This document shows, piece after piece, positions 9,624 through 18,963 of a stretch of 64,000 nt of DNA. The translations under genes were made by a program, and so were the position numbers. Position 1 is the stretch's first letter; each line of letters opens with the position of its first letter. Origin of the DNA: Methanobacteriota archaeon. Lineage in GTDB: Archaea; Thermoplasmatota; Poseidoniia; Poseidoniales; Thalassarchaeaceae. Where the stretch lies: contig JAERST010000011.1 in assembly GCA_016845365.1 (NCBI GenBank), positions 1,044 to 65,043 on the forward strand, read 5' to 3'. Below the pieces are notes generated by a model. The model made no database searches. It saw only the letters and a program-made list of their open reading frames with translations, and had not been told where the DNA came from.

Positions 9624-10700
9624 TCACTCAGAATAATCGTTCCGTCGCGAAATAATCACAGCGGCTAACGCCACTGACAGAATTGAAAATGGAACTGAAA
9701 AAGGACTGGATAGATTAACCGTAACGCCAGAGCTTTGGTTCGAGGGGTCAAAATTCAATTCGGGCAGAACACCCTCCCAAGTCGGACAATTATCGCGATA
9801 ATATTCACCATACGAATTCCATCCTTGCTCGACCCCTAGGTTAATCCTCAGTTCTGTTCTAAGTTCGATATCATAGTCGTCATTTTCTTTGATATCCCAG
9901 GATGCTGTGAAGGTCATCGAAACAGTTTCTCCAGCTCTGATTTCCAACTCTGAATCATAATCCAATTCCACTTTGCCAAATGTGGATTCACGGTGCTCAA
10001 CAAATTCTTGCCGTTGAAGGTCATATATTCTAAGATAATAATCAAAGGTAACCCAGCTCCATGCAGTGCCCTCAAAATTTCCATCTGCCGTGATTTTAAC
10101 AGTAATTTCTGATGAGTCTTTTTTGTCGCAACCAGTACGTGTAGAATGATAATCATATGCAGATTCTGGAGTCGCTTCGTGCTCAAATGTGACCTGAATC
10201 CAAGGCATGATAATCACATCGACGTCCTCTTCGACTGGCTGGCAATTATCGCAAGGGACCACTAATGAGTAAGTTTTCACCTCTGCCGTAGTATGGAAAT
10301 TCTCAACACCTTCCGGCGTTTTAGAATCTGCAGAGATTTGGAAACAAAATGAGACGGCGGAATTACCACCAACGTAGATTTCGTCGCCGATTTCGTTTTC
10401 CATGCAATAACCCCAGTCCGAGACTTCCAAAGGTCCTTCGACCTGATGAGGCCAGTCTTTGGTAATCTCAACAGTGACATCATGGGCATTGTTATTCCCT
10501 ACGGTGCAAACAAATGTTTGACTGGAGTAAGACCATTCAACGTACAACCAAACCGTGCTATCACAATTGTAGTCCACTTCGGGTTCGTACGGAATTTGAG
10601 CTGATACCATTGAAGTCGGAGCCATACTTAGGAAAAATAGCACACAAAGAGAAATTGCAATCGCCCTGTAATTTTGTTGATTTACCATTAGGAACACCAC
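9624..10700 (-). CDS. Secreted hypothetical protein with C-terminal TM anchor and basic tail (possibly choice-of-anchor T-like)
   Basis: Signal peptide; Cys-containing beta-rich body; 'SPFSVPFSILSVALAAVIISRR' terminus; AT-richer DNA. Confidence 0.65.
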   Translation of the reverse strand: MVFLMVNQQNYRAIAISLCVLFFLSMAPTSMVSAQIPYEPEVDYNCDSTVWLYVEWSYSSQTFVCTVGNNNAHDVTVEITKDWPHQVEGPLEVSDWGYCMENEIGDEIYVGGNSAVSFCFQISADSKTPEGVENFHTTAEVKTYSLVVPCDNCQPVEEDVDVIIMPWIQVTFEHEATPESAYDYHSTRTGCDKKDSSEITVKITADGNFEGTAWSWVTFDYYLRIYDLQRQEFVEHRESTFGKVELDYDSELEIRAGETVSMTFTASWDIKENDDYDIELRTELRINLGVEQGWNSYGEYYRDNCPTWEGVLPELNFDPSNQSSGVTVNLSSPFSVPFSILSVALAAVIISRRNDYSE

Positions 10701-10717
10701 TTTTTCATTGGAAAATT

Positions 10718-11542
10718 TCAGTCGAGGTCTGCCACACCAGGGCCACCTCGAGTGATGAAAATCCCTCCGTCGGGATTGACCACTTCTTGATTAAACGCGT
10801 TCTGTTCCCAGATTGGTTTTTTGCTATACGGAATCCGCATAATGATGCTGTATTCCCTCGCCTTCTCAACCGCGGGTTCGGCTTTTTTCGAGTAGGGAAA
10901 GCTGTCTAAGAAAAGTAAAATTCGAGATTCTTTGTCAGTATTCTGATCCCAAAGAACCACCTGTGTGTACCCTGCACTAACCGCACCATCGCTCGGTGGA
11001 TCGGAAATCACCTTGATTTCGTCCGAATCCGCCAAGTAGAATTCCCGAATTAATTCAGGAGCATATTCCTCATCCTCTTCGACATCTCGACAATGTTCGA
11101 TTAACGCCAGAAATTTGTTATTCTTATCATACCAGAATTTGTGAGTAACGTCTTCTAACGGTTCGGGATTGATAATCGTATCAAGTCCACCAATGACCAT
11201 CGGGCCTCCAAACATGAAAAATGGAATGCTGAATATTAAGAAACACGGGAGGGCAATAATCGCTCCACCGACTAAGGCCATCACAAGAACAGTAATTACG
11301 ATTCCACAAAAAACCGTCCCGAAAATCAACATAAAGAGAGATTGACCCCACATCCGGCCGCCTCGAGTAAACTCATTTTCTCTGAGCAGAACGACTCCGG
11401 AAGGAACTGGACTGTGTTCGAGAACATCCATCAATTTCTCACCGCGACCGTCGTTAGGGCGGCGCTTGGTGAATTGTCTGCTCGCCGCCGCATCGGGGCG
11501 AGACTCAAAATCGCCAGCATTCACTCTATTCAATAAGCCCAA
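10718..11542 (-). CDS. Hypothetical two-TM membrane protein
   Basis: Hydrophobic hairpin; GAGGTGA RBS before a TTG start. Confidence 0.7.
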   Translation of the reverse strand: MGLLNRVNAGDFESRPDAAASRQFTKRRPNDGRGEKLMDVLEHSPVPSGVVLLRENEFTRGGRMWGQSLFMLIFGTVFCGIVITVLVMALVGGAIIALPCFLIFSIPFFMFGGPMVIGGLDTIINPEPLEDVTHKFWYDKNNKFLALIEHCRDVEEDEEYAPELIREFYLADSDEIKVISDPPSDGAVSAGYTQVVLWDQNTDKESRILLFLDSFPYSKKAEPAVEKAREYSIIMRIPYSKKPIWEQNAFNQEVVNPDGGIFITRGGPGVADLD

Positions 11543-11557
11543 TTAATCACCTCAGAT

Positions 11558-11758
11558 TCACTCGCGGCGGCTTTCAGAAAGCGCTTTTTTCAACAAAAAT
11601 TCGATATGAGCATTCAACGAACGGAATTCATCATCAGCCCAGAGTTTCAATCCGCGATGAGTATCTGGGTCGATTCTCAAGAGGAATTTTTTCTTGTCCA
11701 CCGAACTCCTCCTGGGCATTCCACCTCTTGCTCCCCCGTCATGACTTGCCGTACTCAT
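11558..11758 (-). CDS. Arc-like ribbon-helix-helix DNA-binding protein
   Basis: KKFLLRIDP...WADDEFRSLNAHIEFLL; ATGA overlap with the SPFH gene. Confidence 0.85.
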   Translation of the reverse strand: MSTASHDGGARGGMPRRSSVDKKKFLLRIDPDTHRGLKLWADDEFRSLNAHIEFLLKKALSESRRE

Positions 11759-12657
11759 TGATACAACGTCCCTGTGTTAACGACCGGTGTGGTGTCGGTT
11801 TCTGAACAGAGCACGACTAGCAAATTGCTGACCATTGTTGCCTTCTTGTCTTCGTCCAACTCGATAATGTCCTTGGCGCTCAATTGCTCCAACGCAAGTT
11901 CCACCATGCCTACTGCTCCGTCGACGATTTCGCGGCGCGCCGCCACGACTGCACTGGCTTGTTGGCGGCGCAACATTGCTTGGGCGATTTCAGTCGAATA
12001 GGCGAGGTAGGAGATGCGCGCTTCGAGTACCTCGATTCCTGCGCGGAGGAGGCGTTCTTCGACGGAGGCTTGCAGCTCCTCCGCGATCACATCTTGATGG
12101 CTCGAGAGCGTGATGCCGCCGATGTCTTTCTGCTCGATGGCATCGTAAGGATACTTTGTCGCCATCTCACGCAAGGCGGCTTCACTCTGAATCTGAACGT
12201 AGTGTTTGTAATTCTCGACTTCGAAGAGGGCTTCTGCGACGTCGTAAACTCGCCAAACCACGACTGCAGCAATATCGATTGGATTGGCGTTGACATCATT
12301 GACCTTCAAGCGATTCGATTCGAAGTTATTGATGCGAAGGGATACGCGGCTCTTGTGGTAGAGTGGGTTGAGGAAAAAGCGGAAGCCTTCCTGTTTGAGT
12401 GTGGCGACGTATTTTCCGAAGAATTGCACTGCGACTGCTTCGTTGGGGTTGACGATGACGTAACTCTTCCAGAAAAGTAGCCAAATCGGCCCGGTGATGA
12501 GCAATAGGATGGCGATTGCAGAATTGCTGACGAGGAGAATGAGGTTGAAGAAGCCGAGAGCGATGTGCAGGGCTAATCCGGGGAATCCGTTGATCGTCTG
12601 AGCCTCGATATCGTGGTAGACTGGTTCGTTCTTCGGGGCACGCATTTGCTCACTCAT
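11755..12657 (-). CDS. SPFH/band-7 domain membrane protein
   Basis: Two N-terminal TMs, LKVND..ANPIDIAAVVVWRV, EIAQAMLRRQQASAVVAAR, VVNTGTLY. Confidence 0.92.
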   Translation of the reverse strand: MSEQMRAPKNEPVYHDIEAQTINGFPGLALHIALGFFNLILLVSNSAIAILLLITGPIWLLFWKSYVIVNPNEAVAVQFFGKYVATLKQEGFRFFLNPLYHKSRVSLRINNFESNRLKVNDVNANPIDIAAVVVWRVYDVAEALFEVENYKHYVQIQSEAALREMATKYPYDAIEQKDIGGITLSSHQDVIAEELQASVEERLLRAGIEVLEARISYLAYSTEIAQAMLRRQQASAVVAARREIVDGAVGMVELALEQLSAKDIIELDEDKKATMVSNLLVVLCSETDTTPVVNTGTLYQ

Positions 12658-12685
12658 GGAGTGTGGTTAGTAGGGGAGTTATTCA

Positions 12686-12715
12686 ATATATCGTTATGAT
12701 ATCATTTTGATTTCG
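12686..12715. promoter_or_regulatory. Candidate operator upstream of the SPFH-RHH operon
   Basis: Palindrome ATGATATCAT at 12696-12705, flanked by degenerate TGATATCA-like sites at 11-bp spacing. Confidence 0.45.
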
Positions 12716-12870
12716 ACAAACATGAATGTTCGACGAGTTTGCTAGGGTAATTTCAAGCGCGGAATCGCAAACTTACCGAAGAGGCTCTACGGACTTAGAT
12801 CGCACCATTCGGTATTAACTTCGCCCCGGCATTGCGAATTTTGGCTCAAGCCGGGTGAGTATTTTCACAT

Positions 12871-12901
12871 TGCCCGCGTGCTCTGCGTGCTCGGCGAGAG
12901 G
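12871..12901 (-). repeat. Dispersed ~30-bp gene-end repeat, copy 2
   Basis: Minus strand reads CCTCTCGCCGAGCACGCAGAGCACGCGGGCA, 17 nt after the alaS stop. Confidence 0.6.
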
Positions 12902-12918
12902 TTCGCAGAGTGATGCGG

Positions 12919-15798
12919 TCAGAGTCCCAAGAGTTCGCGGGCTGCATCGAGGGCGGCGGGGATTCCATCGGGATTTGACCCGCCGCCTTGCGCCATCGTC
13001 GGGCGGCCTCCGCCGCCACCATTGATGTGGCCGGCGATGGCGCGAAGAATTTCTGTTGCATCGTGTTTTTCGGCGGCAAGACTGCCTTCTGTACTTGCGA
13101 CGATCAGTTTGCCGCCGCCATCGCGCGTACCCAAAACAGCGAGAGTGGGTTTTGCAGGGTCGCGCGTCAATTGACCAAGCATCGTCATCAGCGCTTTCAT
13201 ATCGCCTCCAACCTCCATCACCGCGTAGCGGATTCCTTCTTTTTCGACTGCGCCATCGCCACCGCCACTGGTGCGCAGTCGCACGATTTCAGCCTCCAAT
13301 GACTCAATCTTCTTCTGCTGAGATTTCCACTCATCAAAGAAGCGAGCAACCGTTGCGGGAAGGTCTTCAGGAGCCACCCCAAGGACCTCGCTCGATTCGC
13401 TGAGAAGACGCTCTTGCGCCCGGGCGTGTTCGCGTGCGGTCTCGCCTGCCACGATTTGCAGACGCTCGACCCCGTCTTGGACTTGACTCGACCGGATGAT
13501 GCGTAACTCCCCAACTGCACCGGCACTATCGTGATGCGTTCCACCACATGCTTGGACGTCGTGCTCGCCGATTTTTATTACGCGAATTTCGCTGTGCTTG
13601 GGCGGTCCGCCCTGGTAAAGCTCGAAGCCGAAGCGTGCGTCGGCTTCGGCGCGTTTGAGGGTGATTTTCTCGACTGTTGGGTTCGCTGCGATTATCTCGT
13701 TTGCGTGGTCTTCGATTTGGTCGAGGTTTTCGCGGGTTAGACGCGAGTGATGAGTTAGGTCGATTCTCGCGTAGCGCTCGCCCTTGTTTGAGCCGGCTTG
13801 CCAGATGTGTGGTCCGAGGAGGGCTCGCGCGCTGCCGCCGACGAGGTGAACTGCTGTGTGGTGGTCCATTAGTTGGCGTCGGCGGCCCCAGTCGACTTGT
13901 CCTGTTGTTGGGCCCGTAGGGAGTGCTCCGTTCGTTAGGTGGAAGATTACGCCGTTTTCGATGCGTGTGTCGGCTACTATTGCTGGGCCGAGTGTGCCTT
14001 GGTCGCCGAGTTGACCTCCTCCTTCTGGGTAGAATAGCGTGCGGTCGAGGACTACTGCATGGCTTGGCCTGGTGCTGACTTCACCTGAGAGGTTGAGGGT
14101 GGCTAACTGGGCCTCGGAAAGTTCGCTGCATCCGAGGACATTTGCGCTGAACTCGGTCTTGCTTGTGTCCGCGTAGTAATCTCGCGCGGTTGCTGGGAAG
14201 CCTGTTGGGAAAACCGCGCCCTTGGCCTTGCCTTTGGCTGCCGCCTTGGTACGCTCGGCGTTTCGCGCGGCCATATCTGCTGCGAATCCCACGCGCACGG
14301 ACAAATTCTGCCAGCCGAGCCCGTGAGCGATCGAGATGACCATGTCTGGGTTGAGGCCTCGTTCTTCGGCGAGGCGGAATAGAGTTTCATCGGGGGCTTC
14401 GGCAGCATCTTTGGGAACTTCGCGCAGAGCGGTTCGCACCGCCGCCTCGCCCTTGCGGAGCATCTCGTGGTAGCGCGCTTCTTCGAGAGCGAGAATAGTC
14501 GTGATTCCCTCTCGCGACTGGACAAATCCAGCCATATCGAGGTGTGTGTCCATGTGGTGCTCGCCGAGTTGGGCAAGGCTCACATCGATGCCCAATTCGC
14601 CCTTCATTCGGCAAACGCGGCGAGCCATCATGCGAGCAAGATATCCAGCCTTGGCATTGCTCGGCACCAATCCATCACCCAACATATTGCAAATCGCGTG
14701 CATGTGATCTGGGATTCCATAAATTGAGGATAGCGGCTCAGTCACGCGTTTGAGGTCGGCCACAGAAATCTTGACACCGCCATCAGCCAGTCGCTCGACG
14801 AGCCGCTGATAGAGAGAACCAACATCGGTGCCGACGTCGATATTGAGAATTCCAGCAAGTTGCGATAATTCAGACAGCAGAGCATCAGTATCGACGCCGA
14901 GTCCCAGTCCTGCGACCATCTCATCGAAGCCAGCAAGCCCCTTCAGCCACTCGACCGACTCAGGATAAATCGCCTCGTAAATCGTCGGAGTACCAGCCGC
15001 AGCCCAGCAAAACCGCTCGAGCCCGTAGCCGGTATCGATGATTTGCAGAGGCATCTCGCGGTAGCGCAGACCCTTGATTTCGATGTCTCCTTCCTCATGC
15101 TCCTCAAGGTTCATGAAAACCAGAGTCGCAAGTTCGAGCCCGCCGACAATTACCTCAAGCGCGGGCCCGGCATTACCTCCGCCAGACCATGGATTTTCGA
15201 TGTAGGTGATTTCCTCGGGGGTGATGCCGAAGGTGTTGACCAGCATATCGTCGCAGTAGCGAACGCATTGGTCGATCCAGTAGATTACCTCGCCGTCCTG
15301 AGGGCGGTTGAAAGCGTGGTGAGCCATCATCTCGAAGGTCGTCAAGTGACGCCCAGAACGCCCCACTGCGGCCACATCGGTCAAGCGAATGCAAGGTTGG
15401 CTAATCCCCAAAGGGTTCGCCGGGGGAGGCACCGTCCCATTCGTCACATGTGGTTGGAAGTCAGCGATGGATGCGATTGTTAGATGGATATCATCGCGCC
15501 ATCTTGCGAGCACGGGGTAAGGAGCAACACGCGCGTGACCCCGCTGCTCGAAATAGCCGAGGAAAGCATCGCGCATGGCGTCTTTCAGCGGCTTTCCTCG
15601 CATCTCAAATCCACCGATAATCGGGTTCCCGATGAAAGTGTATGAATCCTCAACCGTATCCCCAGAGGTCGTACGCGCAGGGTCGCGTGACCAGAAGCGC
15701 AGGCCTGTGACCGTGCAGATTCGAACCTCGTGACCCGACTCTTCCCAGAAGGGGATATTGGTCTGGCCGAACGGAATCTTCGCTTCTTCGCCGGACAT
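12919..15798 (-). CDS. alaS: Alanine--tRNA ligase (archaeal type)
   Basis: HLTIASIADFQP, ISQPCIR, GRHLTTFEMMAHH, IDTGYGLER, editing motifs HTAVH and CGGTH, C-terminal GGGGRPTMAQGGG. Confidence 0.97.
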   Translation of the reverse strand: MSGEEAKIPFGQTNIPFWEESGHEVRICTVTGLRFWSRDPARTTSGDTVEDSYTFIGNPIIGGFEMRGKPLKDAMRDAFLGYFEQRGHARVAPYPVLARWRDDIHLTIASIADFQPHVTNGTVPPPANPLGISQPCIRLTDVAAVGRSGRHLTTFEMMAHHAFNRPQDGEVIYWIDQCVRYCDDMLVNTFGITPEEITYIENPWSGGGNAGPALEVIVGGLELATLVFMNLEEHEEGDIEIKGLRYREMPLQIIDTGYGLERFCWAAAGTPTIYEAIYPESVEWLKGLAGFDEMVAGLGLGVDTDALLSELSQLAGILNIDVGTDVGSLYQRLVERLADGGVKISVADLKRVTEPLSSIYGIPDHMHAICNMLGDGLVPSNAKAGYLARMMARRVCRMKGELGIDVSLAQLGEHHMDTHLDMAGFVQSREGITTILALEEARYHEMLRKGEAAVRTALREVPKDAAEAPDETLFRLAEERGLNPDMVISIAHGLGWQNLSVRVGFAADMAARNAERTKAAAKGKAKGAVFPTGFPATARDYYADTSKTEFSANVLGCSELSEAQLATLNLSGEVSTRPSHAVVLDRTLFYPEGGGQLGDQGTLGPAIVADTRIENGVIFHLTNGALPTGPTTGQVDWGRRRQLMDHHTAVHLVGGSARALLGPHIWQAGSNKGERYARIDLTHHSRLTRENLDQIEDHANEIIAANPTVEKITLKRAEADARFGFELYQGGPPKHSEIRVIKIGEHDVQACGGTHHDSAGAVGELRIIRSSQVQDGVERLQIVAGETAREHARAQERLLSESSEVLGVAPEDLPATVARFFDEWKSQQKKIESLEAEIVRLRTSGGGDGAVEKEGIRYAVMEVGGDMKALMTMLGQLTRDPAKPTLAVLGTRDGGGKLIVASTEGSLAAEKHDATEILRAIAGHINGGGGGRPTMAQGGGSNPDGIPAALDAARELLGL

Positions 15799-15900
15799 TG
15801 CTCAACCCCCTACGCCCGCGCCATCGGCTGGTCCGTCTTGAAAGCGATTGTTGTCGAGCCTGTGCGTGGTGTTGAAAACCGGCGAGCATCACGAAGTGCC

Positions 15901-17373
15901 ATGACTGCTGAGTGGAGGAAATACCTCGAACCGGCAGGACCGGGGAGAATGCGCATCGGGAAGCATGGTTCGATGCTGACCGATGCGCTGCTGATTGCTG
16001 ATGCGGAGCACTTGGCAGGGCACAGCGACGACCGCTCGCCCGAGCAATTGTGCAATACTGCAGGAATGCCGGGGATTGTCGGTGAAGCTTGGGCGATGGC
16101 CGATTGGCACTTTGGGTACGGATTTCCGATTGGTGGTGTTGTTGCCACCGAGCTGAATGCTGGTGAACTCGGTGGGGCGATATCGCCGGGTGGAGTTGGA
16201 TTCGACATCAATTGCGGAGTTCGGCTTTGTGCGCTTGATGTCGAGGTTGGCGATATCGATGCGAAGGCGCTGGCCGGTGCATTAGCGCGTGAGATTCCGG
16301 CCGGCGCTTCGAGCAAAGGTGGTGTTATTCTTGATGATACGAGCATGGCCGCCGTCTTGTCGGAGGGTGCTTCGGCGGCTGTCGAGATGGGATGGGGCGA
16401 GGCGCAAGACCTCGCCGCCATCGAATCGAATGGTTTGCTCGATAGTGAGGAGCGGAATGTTGGTGAGCGTGCCCAAAAAAGGGGCATGAAAGCCTTAGGC
16501 ACGCTTGGCAGCGGCAATCATTTCCTCGAATTACAAGTTGTTGACAGAGTCGAGGATGGTACTGCCGCTGCAGCTTACGGTTTGCGCGAAGGGCAAGTTA
16601 CAGCGATGATTCACACCGGCTCGCGCGGCCTTGGACACCAAGTCTGCAGCGAGCATGTCGCGGCCATCGAAAGCAAATACTCCCGAAACGGAGACCATTG
16701 GGTCGCGCCTCAATGGGATTACACATTGCGCGACCGTCAACTCGCAGCCGCGCCCATCTTCAGCCGAGAAGGAGCAGCATATCTCGATGCAATGCGCGCG
16801 GCTGGAAATTACGCCTTCGCCAACCGCTCAGCCCTCACCCAACGACTTCGAAACATTCTGCGTACTCACCTAGGTCGCGATGGCGGCCTCGAAGTCGTCT
16901 ACGATGTGAGCCATAACATCGCCAAGGTCGAGGAACACATCGTCCACGGTAAATCCTGCAAATGCTGCGTCCACCGCAAGGGTGCGACGCGAGCCCTCGG
17001 CGGAGATCACCCCGAACTCGCTAGCCGATTCTCCGCCGTCGGACAACCAGTTCTCGTCCCCGGCGATATGGGAACAGCCTCATGGGTCCTCGCCGGACCG
17101 AAATCCGGCGGCAACGACGCCTTCTCCTCATCATGCCACGGCGCCGGCCGCCGCCTCTCACGCACAGCCGCCCGCAAACAAATCGACTCTGCCGAACTCA
17201 AACAACGGCTCGAAGCATCCGGCGTCCACGTGCGAGCAAAAACTCCCAACGTCCTCGCCGAAGAAGCTCCAGACGCCTACAAGGATGTGGACGAGGTCAT
17301 CGCCCTAACCGCATCAGCCAACCTCGCACGACCAGTCGCACGCTTACGTCCATTCGCCGTAATCAAAGGCTGA
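15901..17373 (+). CDS. rtcB: tRNA-splicing/RNA repair ligase RtcB
   Basis: DWHFGYGFPIGGV, GGVGFDINCG, GTLGSGNHFLE, HTGSRG, HRKGAT, SCHGAGR; start placed at ATG 15901. Confidence 0.95.
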   Translation: MTAEWRKYLEPAGPGRMRIGKHGSMLTDALLIADAEHLAGHSDDRSPEQLCNTAGMPGIVGEAWAMADWHFGYGFPIGGVVATELNAGELGGAISPGGVGFDINCGVRLCALDVEVGDIDAKALAGALAREIPAGASSKGGVILDDTSMAAVLSEGASAAVEMGWGEAQDLAAIESNGLLDSEERNVGERAQKRGMKALGTLGSGNHFLELQVVDRVEDGTAAAAYGLREGQVTAMIHTGSRGLGHQVCSEHVAAIESKYSRNGDHWVAPQWDYTLRDRQLAAAPIFSREGAAYLDAMRAAGNYAFANRSALTQRLRNILRTHLGRDGGLEVVYDVSHNIAKVEEHIVHGKSCKCCVHRKGATRALGGDHPELASRFSAVGQPVLVPGDMGTASWVLAGPKSGGNDAFSSSCHGAGRRLSRTAARKQIDSAELKQRLEASGVHVRAKTPNVLAEEAPDAYKDVDEVIALTASANLARPVARLRPFAVIKG

Positions 17374-17398
17374 AGTAGCCGAACAGAGAGCGCCGCAC

Positions 17399-17893
17399 TC
17401 ATTGCCGAGCACGATACTCGATATCGATGACATCGCCATCCTTCATGACGTAATTCTCGTATTCATCGTTGAGAACACCATTGACAAACATCACGACCTC
17501 ATTGTCTTCGTTAGCCACCTTGTTGAGGATGTGCGTCTCATCGAATTCCTCACCCCAAACCACGAAGAATGCCCCGACAGGCGCATCCATCGAACCAGGA
17601 GTCTCGATGTGGATTCGGCCTGAATCATCGTGTGTGTGAACTCCACGCATTCCGTCAGGGCAACCCTCGTCCTGAATGCCAATATTGGTAGGTATAGCAA
17701 TTTGATTGCCATCGAGAGTTACTGAGATCGTTGCGTGGATGTGCGAAATGCCGCCACCGTGGTCAGCAAGACAAACATCGAGGATATCCCAATCTGCCAC
17801 GCCATCGGTCGAATCAGCGTCCAGAAGGACATATCCTGCCAATCCAAGCGTCAAAACCAGCCCCACTGCCATCAAGGTCTGAACTTCGTCCAT
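17399..17893 (-). CDS. Membrane-anchored His-motif hypothetical protein
   Basis: N-terminal TM; HIH...VHTHDDSGRIHIE putative metal site; C-terminal 'YVMKDGDVIDIEY'. Confidence 0.7.
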   Translation of the reverse strand: MDEVQTLMAVGLVLTLGLAGYVLLDADSTDGVADWDILDVCLADHGGGISHIHATISVTLDGNQIAIPTNIGIQDEGCPDGMRGVHTHDDSGRIHIETPGSMDAPVGAFFVVWGEEFDETHILNKVANEDNEVVMFVNGVLNDEYENYVMKDGDVIDIEYRARQ

Positions 17894-17942
17894 CGTTCAC
17901 TCCGACCGGTCAAGCGATAATGAATGATATCCCGCACGGGTC

Positions 17943-18572
17943 ATGGTTGAAGCGGGTGCAAGCCCCGAATGGTGGGCCACCGCCAAACAATGCCTCTCGG
18001 CCGCCGACCCAACCCTCGCTCGGGTAATCGAAGAACGGGAAGAGCCCTCGCTCACCTCACGCGGTGACCTCTTTGCCACGCTCGTCAAATCGATTGTGGG
18101 TCAGCAAATTTCTACCAAAGCAGCCGCCACCGTCTGGGGGCGGCTGTGCGACCTTGTCGGGCCAGTGACCGACGAGTCGATCCTCGCGCGTACGCATGAG
18201 GAATTGCGCTCTGTTGGCCTGTCTAATCGCAAAGCCGAGTATGTCGCGGGAATTGCAGAGGCTTGGCGAGAGGGATTGAATCTGCTTGAATGGGAGTCGA
18301 TGAGCGATGAAGAGGTCGTTCAGACGCTCATCGCGCTTCGCGGGGTTGGGCGCTGGACCGCAGAGATGATTCTGATTTTCTCCCTGCTGCGCCCAGACGT
18401 ATTCCCCATCGATGACTTGGGCGTTGTGCGCGGAATGGAGAAAGTGTACAATTCGAGCGAGCCATTGAGTAAGCCCGAATTGAGAGAAATTTCAGAATCG
18501 TGGAAACCCTATCGAACCCTCGGTTCGTGGTATATGTGGCGAGCCATCGACCCTGAGCCAGTCGAGTACTAA
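17943..18572 (+). CDS. alkA: DNA-3-methyladenine glycosylase II (AlkA/HhH-GPD family)
   Basis: IVGQQIS, HhH motif LRGVGRWTAEM, DVFPIDDLG, WKPYRT. Confidence 0.9.
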   Translation: MVEAGASPEWWATAKQCLSAADPTLARVIEEREEPSLTSRGDLFATLVKSIVGQQISTKAAATVWGRLCDLVGPVTDESILARTHEELRSVGLSNRKAEYVAGIAEAWREGLNLLEWESMSDEEVVQTLIALRGVGRWTAEMILIFSLLRPDVFPIDDLGVVRGMEKVYNSSEPLSKPELREISESWKPYRTLGSWYMWRAIDPEPVEY

Positions 18573-18650
18573 TAGCCCAGAGCCAGTTGAATACTAATCG
18601 CCCGGAGCCAGTCGAGTACTAATCGCCCTGAGCCAATCGAGTACTAATCA
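18551..18650 (+). repeat. 4 x 25-bp tandem repeat of the alkA 3' end (PEP[V/I]EY*)
   Basis: Units start at 18551, 18576, 18601 and 18626; consensus CCCNGAGCCARTYGARTACTAATMR. Confidence 0.9.
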
Positions 18651-18818
18651 CATCACGTAGCCGCGTTTCGGCTGGTTCGGAATCTGCGGAGTGGCGCCGG
18701 ATTGAACGCCATCAGCTTCCTCCATGATGATCGTCAAGAGGGTGTGGACAAGCGTACGCAAGTCCTCAACTTCCCCTTTCAATTCCTCCATCGTGACAAC
18801 TTCGCGAGCCTCTTCCAT
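18648..18818 (-). CDS. Small hypothetical protein (56 aa), not in the ORF track
   Basis: Translated by hand: MEEAREVVTMEELKGEVEDLRTLVHTLLTIIMEEADGVQSGATPQIPNQPKRGYVM*; amphipathic helix; fills an intergenic gap. Confidence 0.6.
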   Translation of the reverse strand: MEEAREVVTMEELKGEVEDLRTLVHTLLTIIMEEADGVQSGATPQIPNQPKRGYVM

Positions 18819-18963
18819 AGTCCCATCCCCATGTGAGAAAACAACTGTTCCTCGGAGAAGGGTTCCACTTTCTAGGGTCTATAAACTCGATAGGTCAGCC
18901 TGTCGGCTGGAGCAGGTTTCGACAAGTCCAGAGGATTTGCCGTTCGTGTTCAGAAAACAGGTT

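Noticed and set aside
15730..15900. ORF-track N-terminal extension of RtcB
   Set aside because: Overlaps the alaS start on the opposite strand and has no RtcB-like sequence; ATG 15901 is more plausible
15901..17373. Intein in RtcB
   Set aside because: Normal length (490 aa) with contiguous motifs
18551..18650. Possible CRISPR array
   Set aside because: Units are contiguous with no spacers, duplicate a gene end, and no cas genes are present
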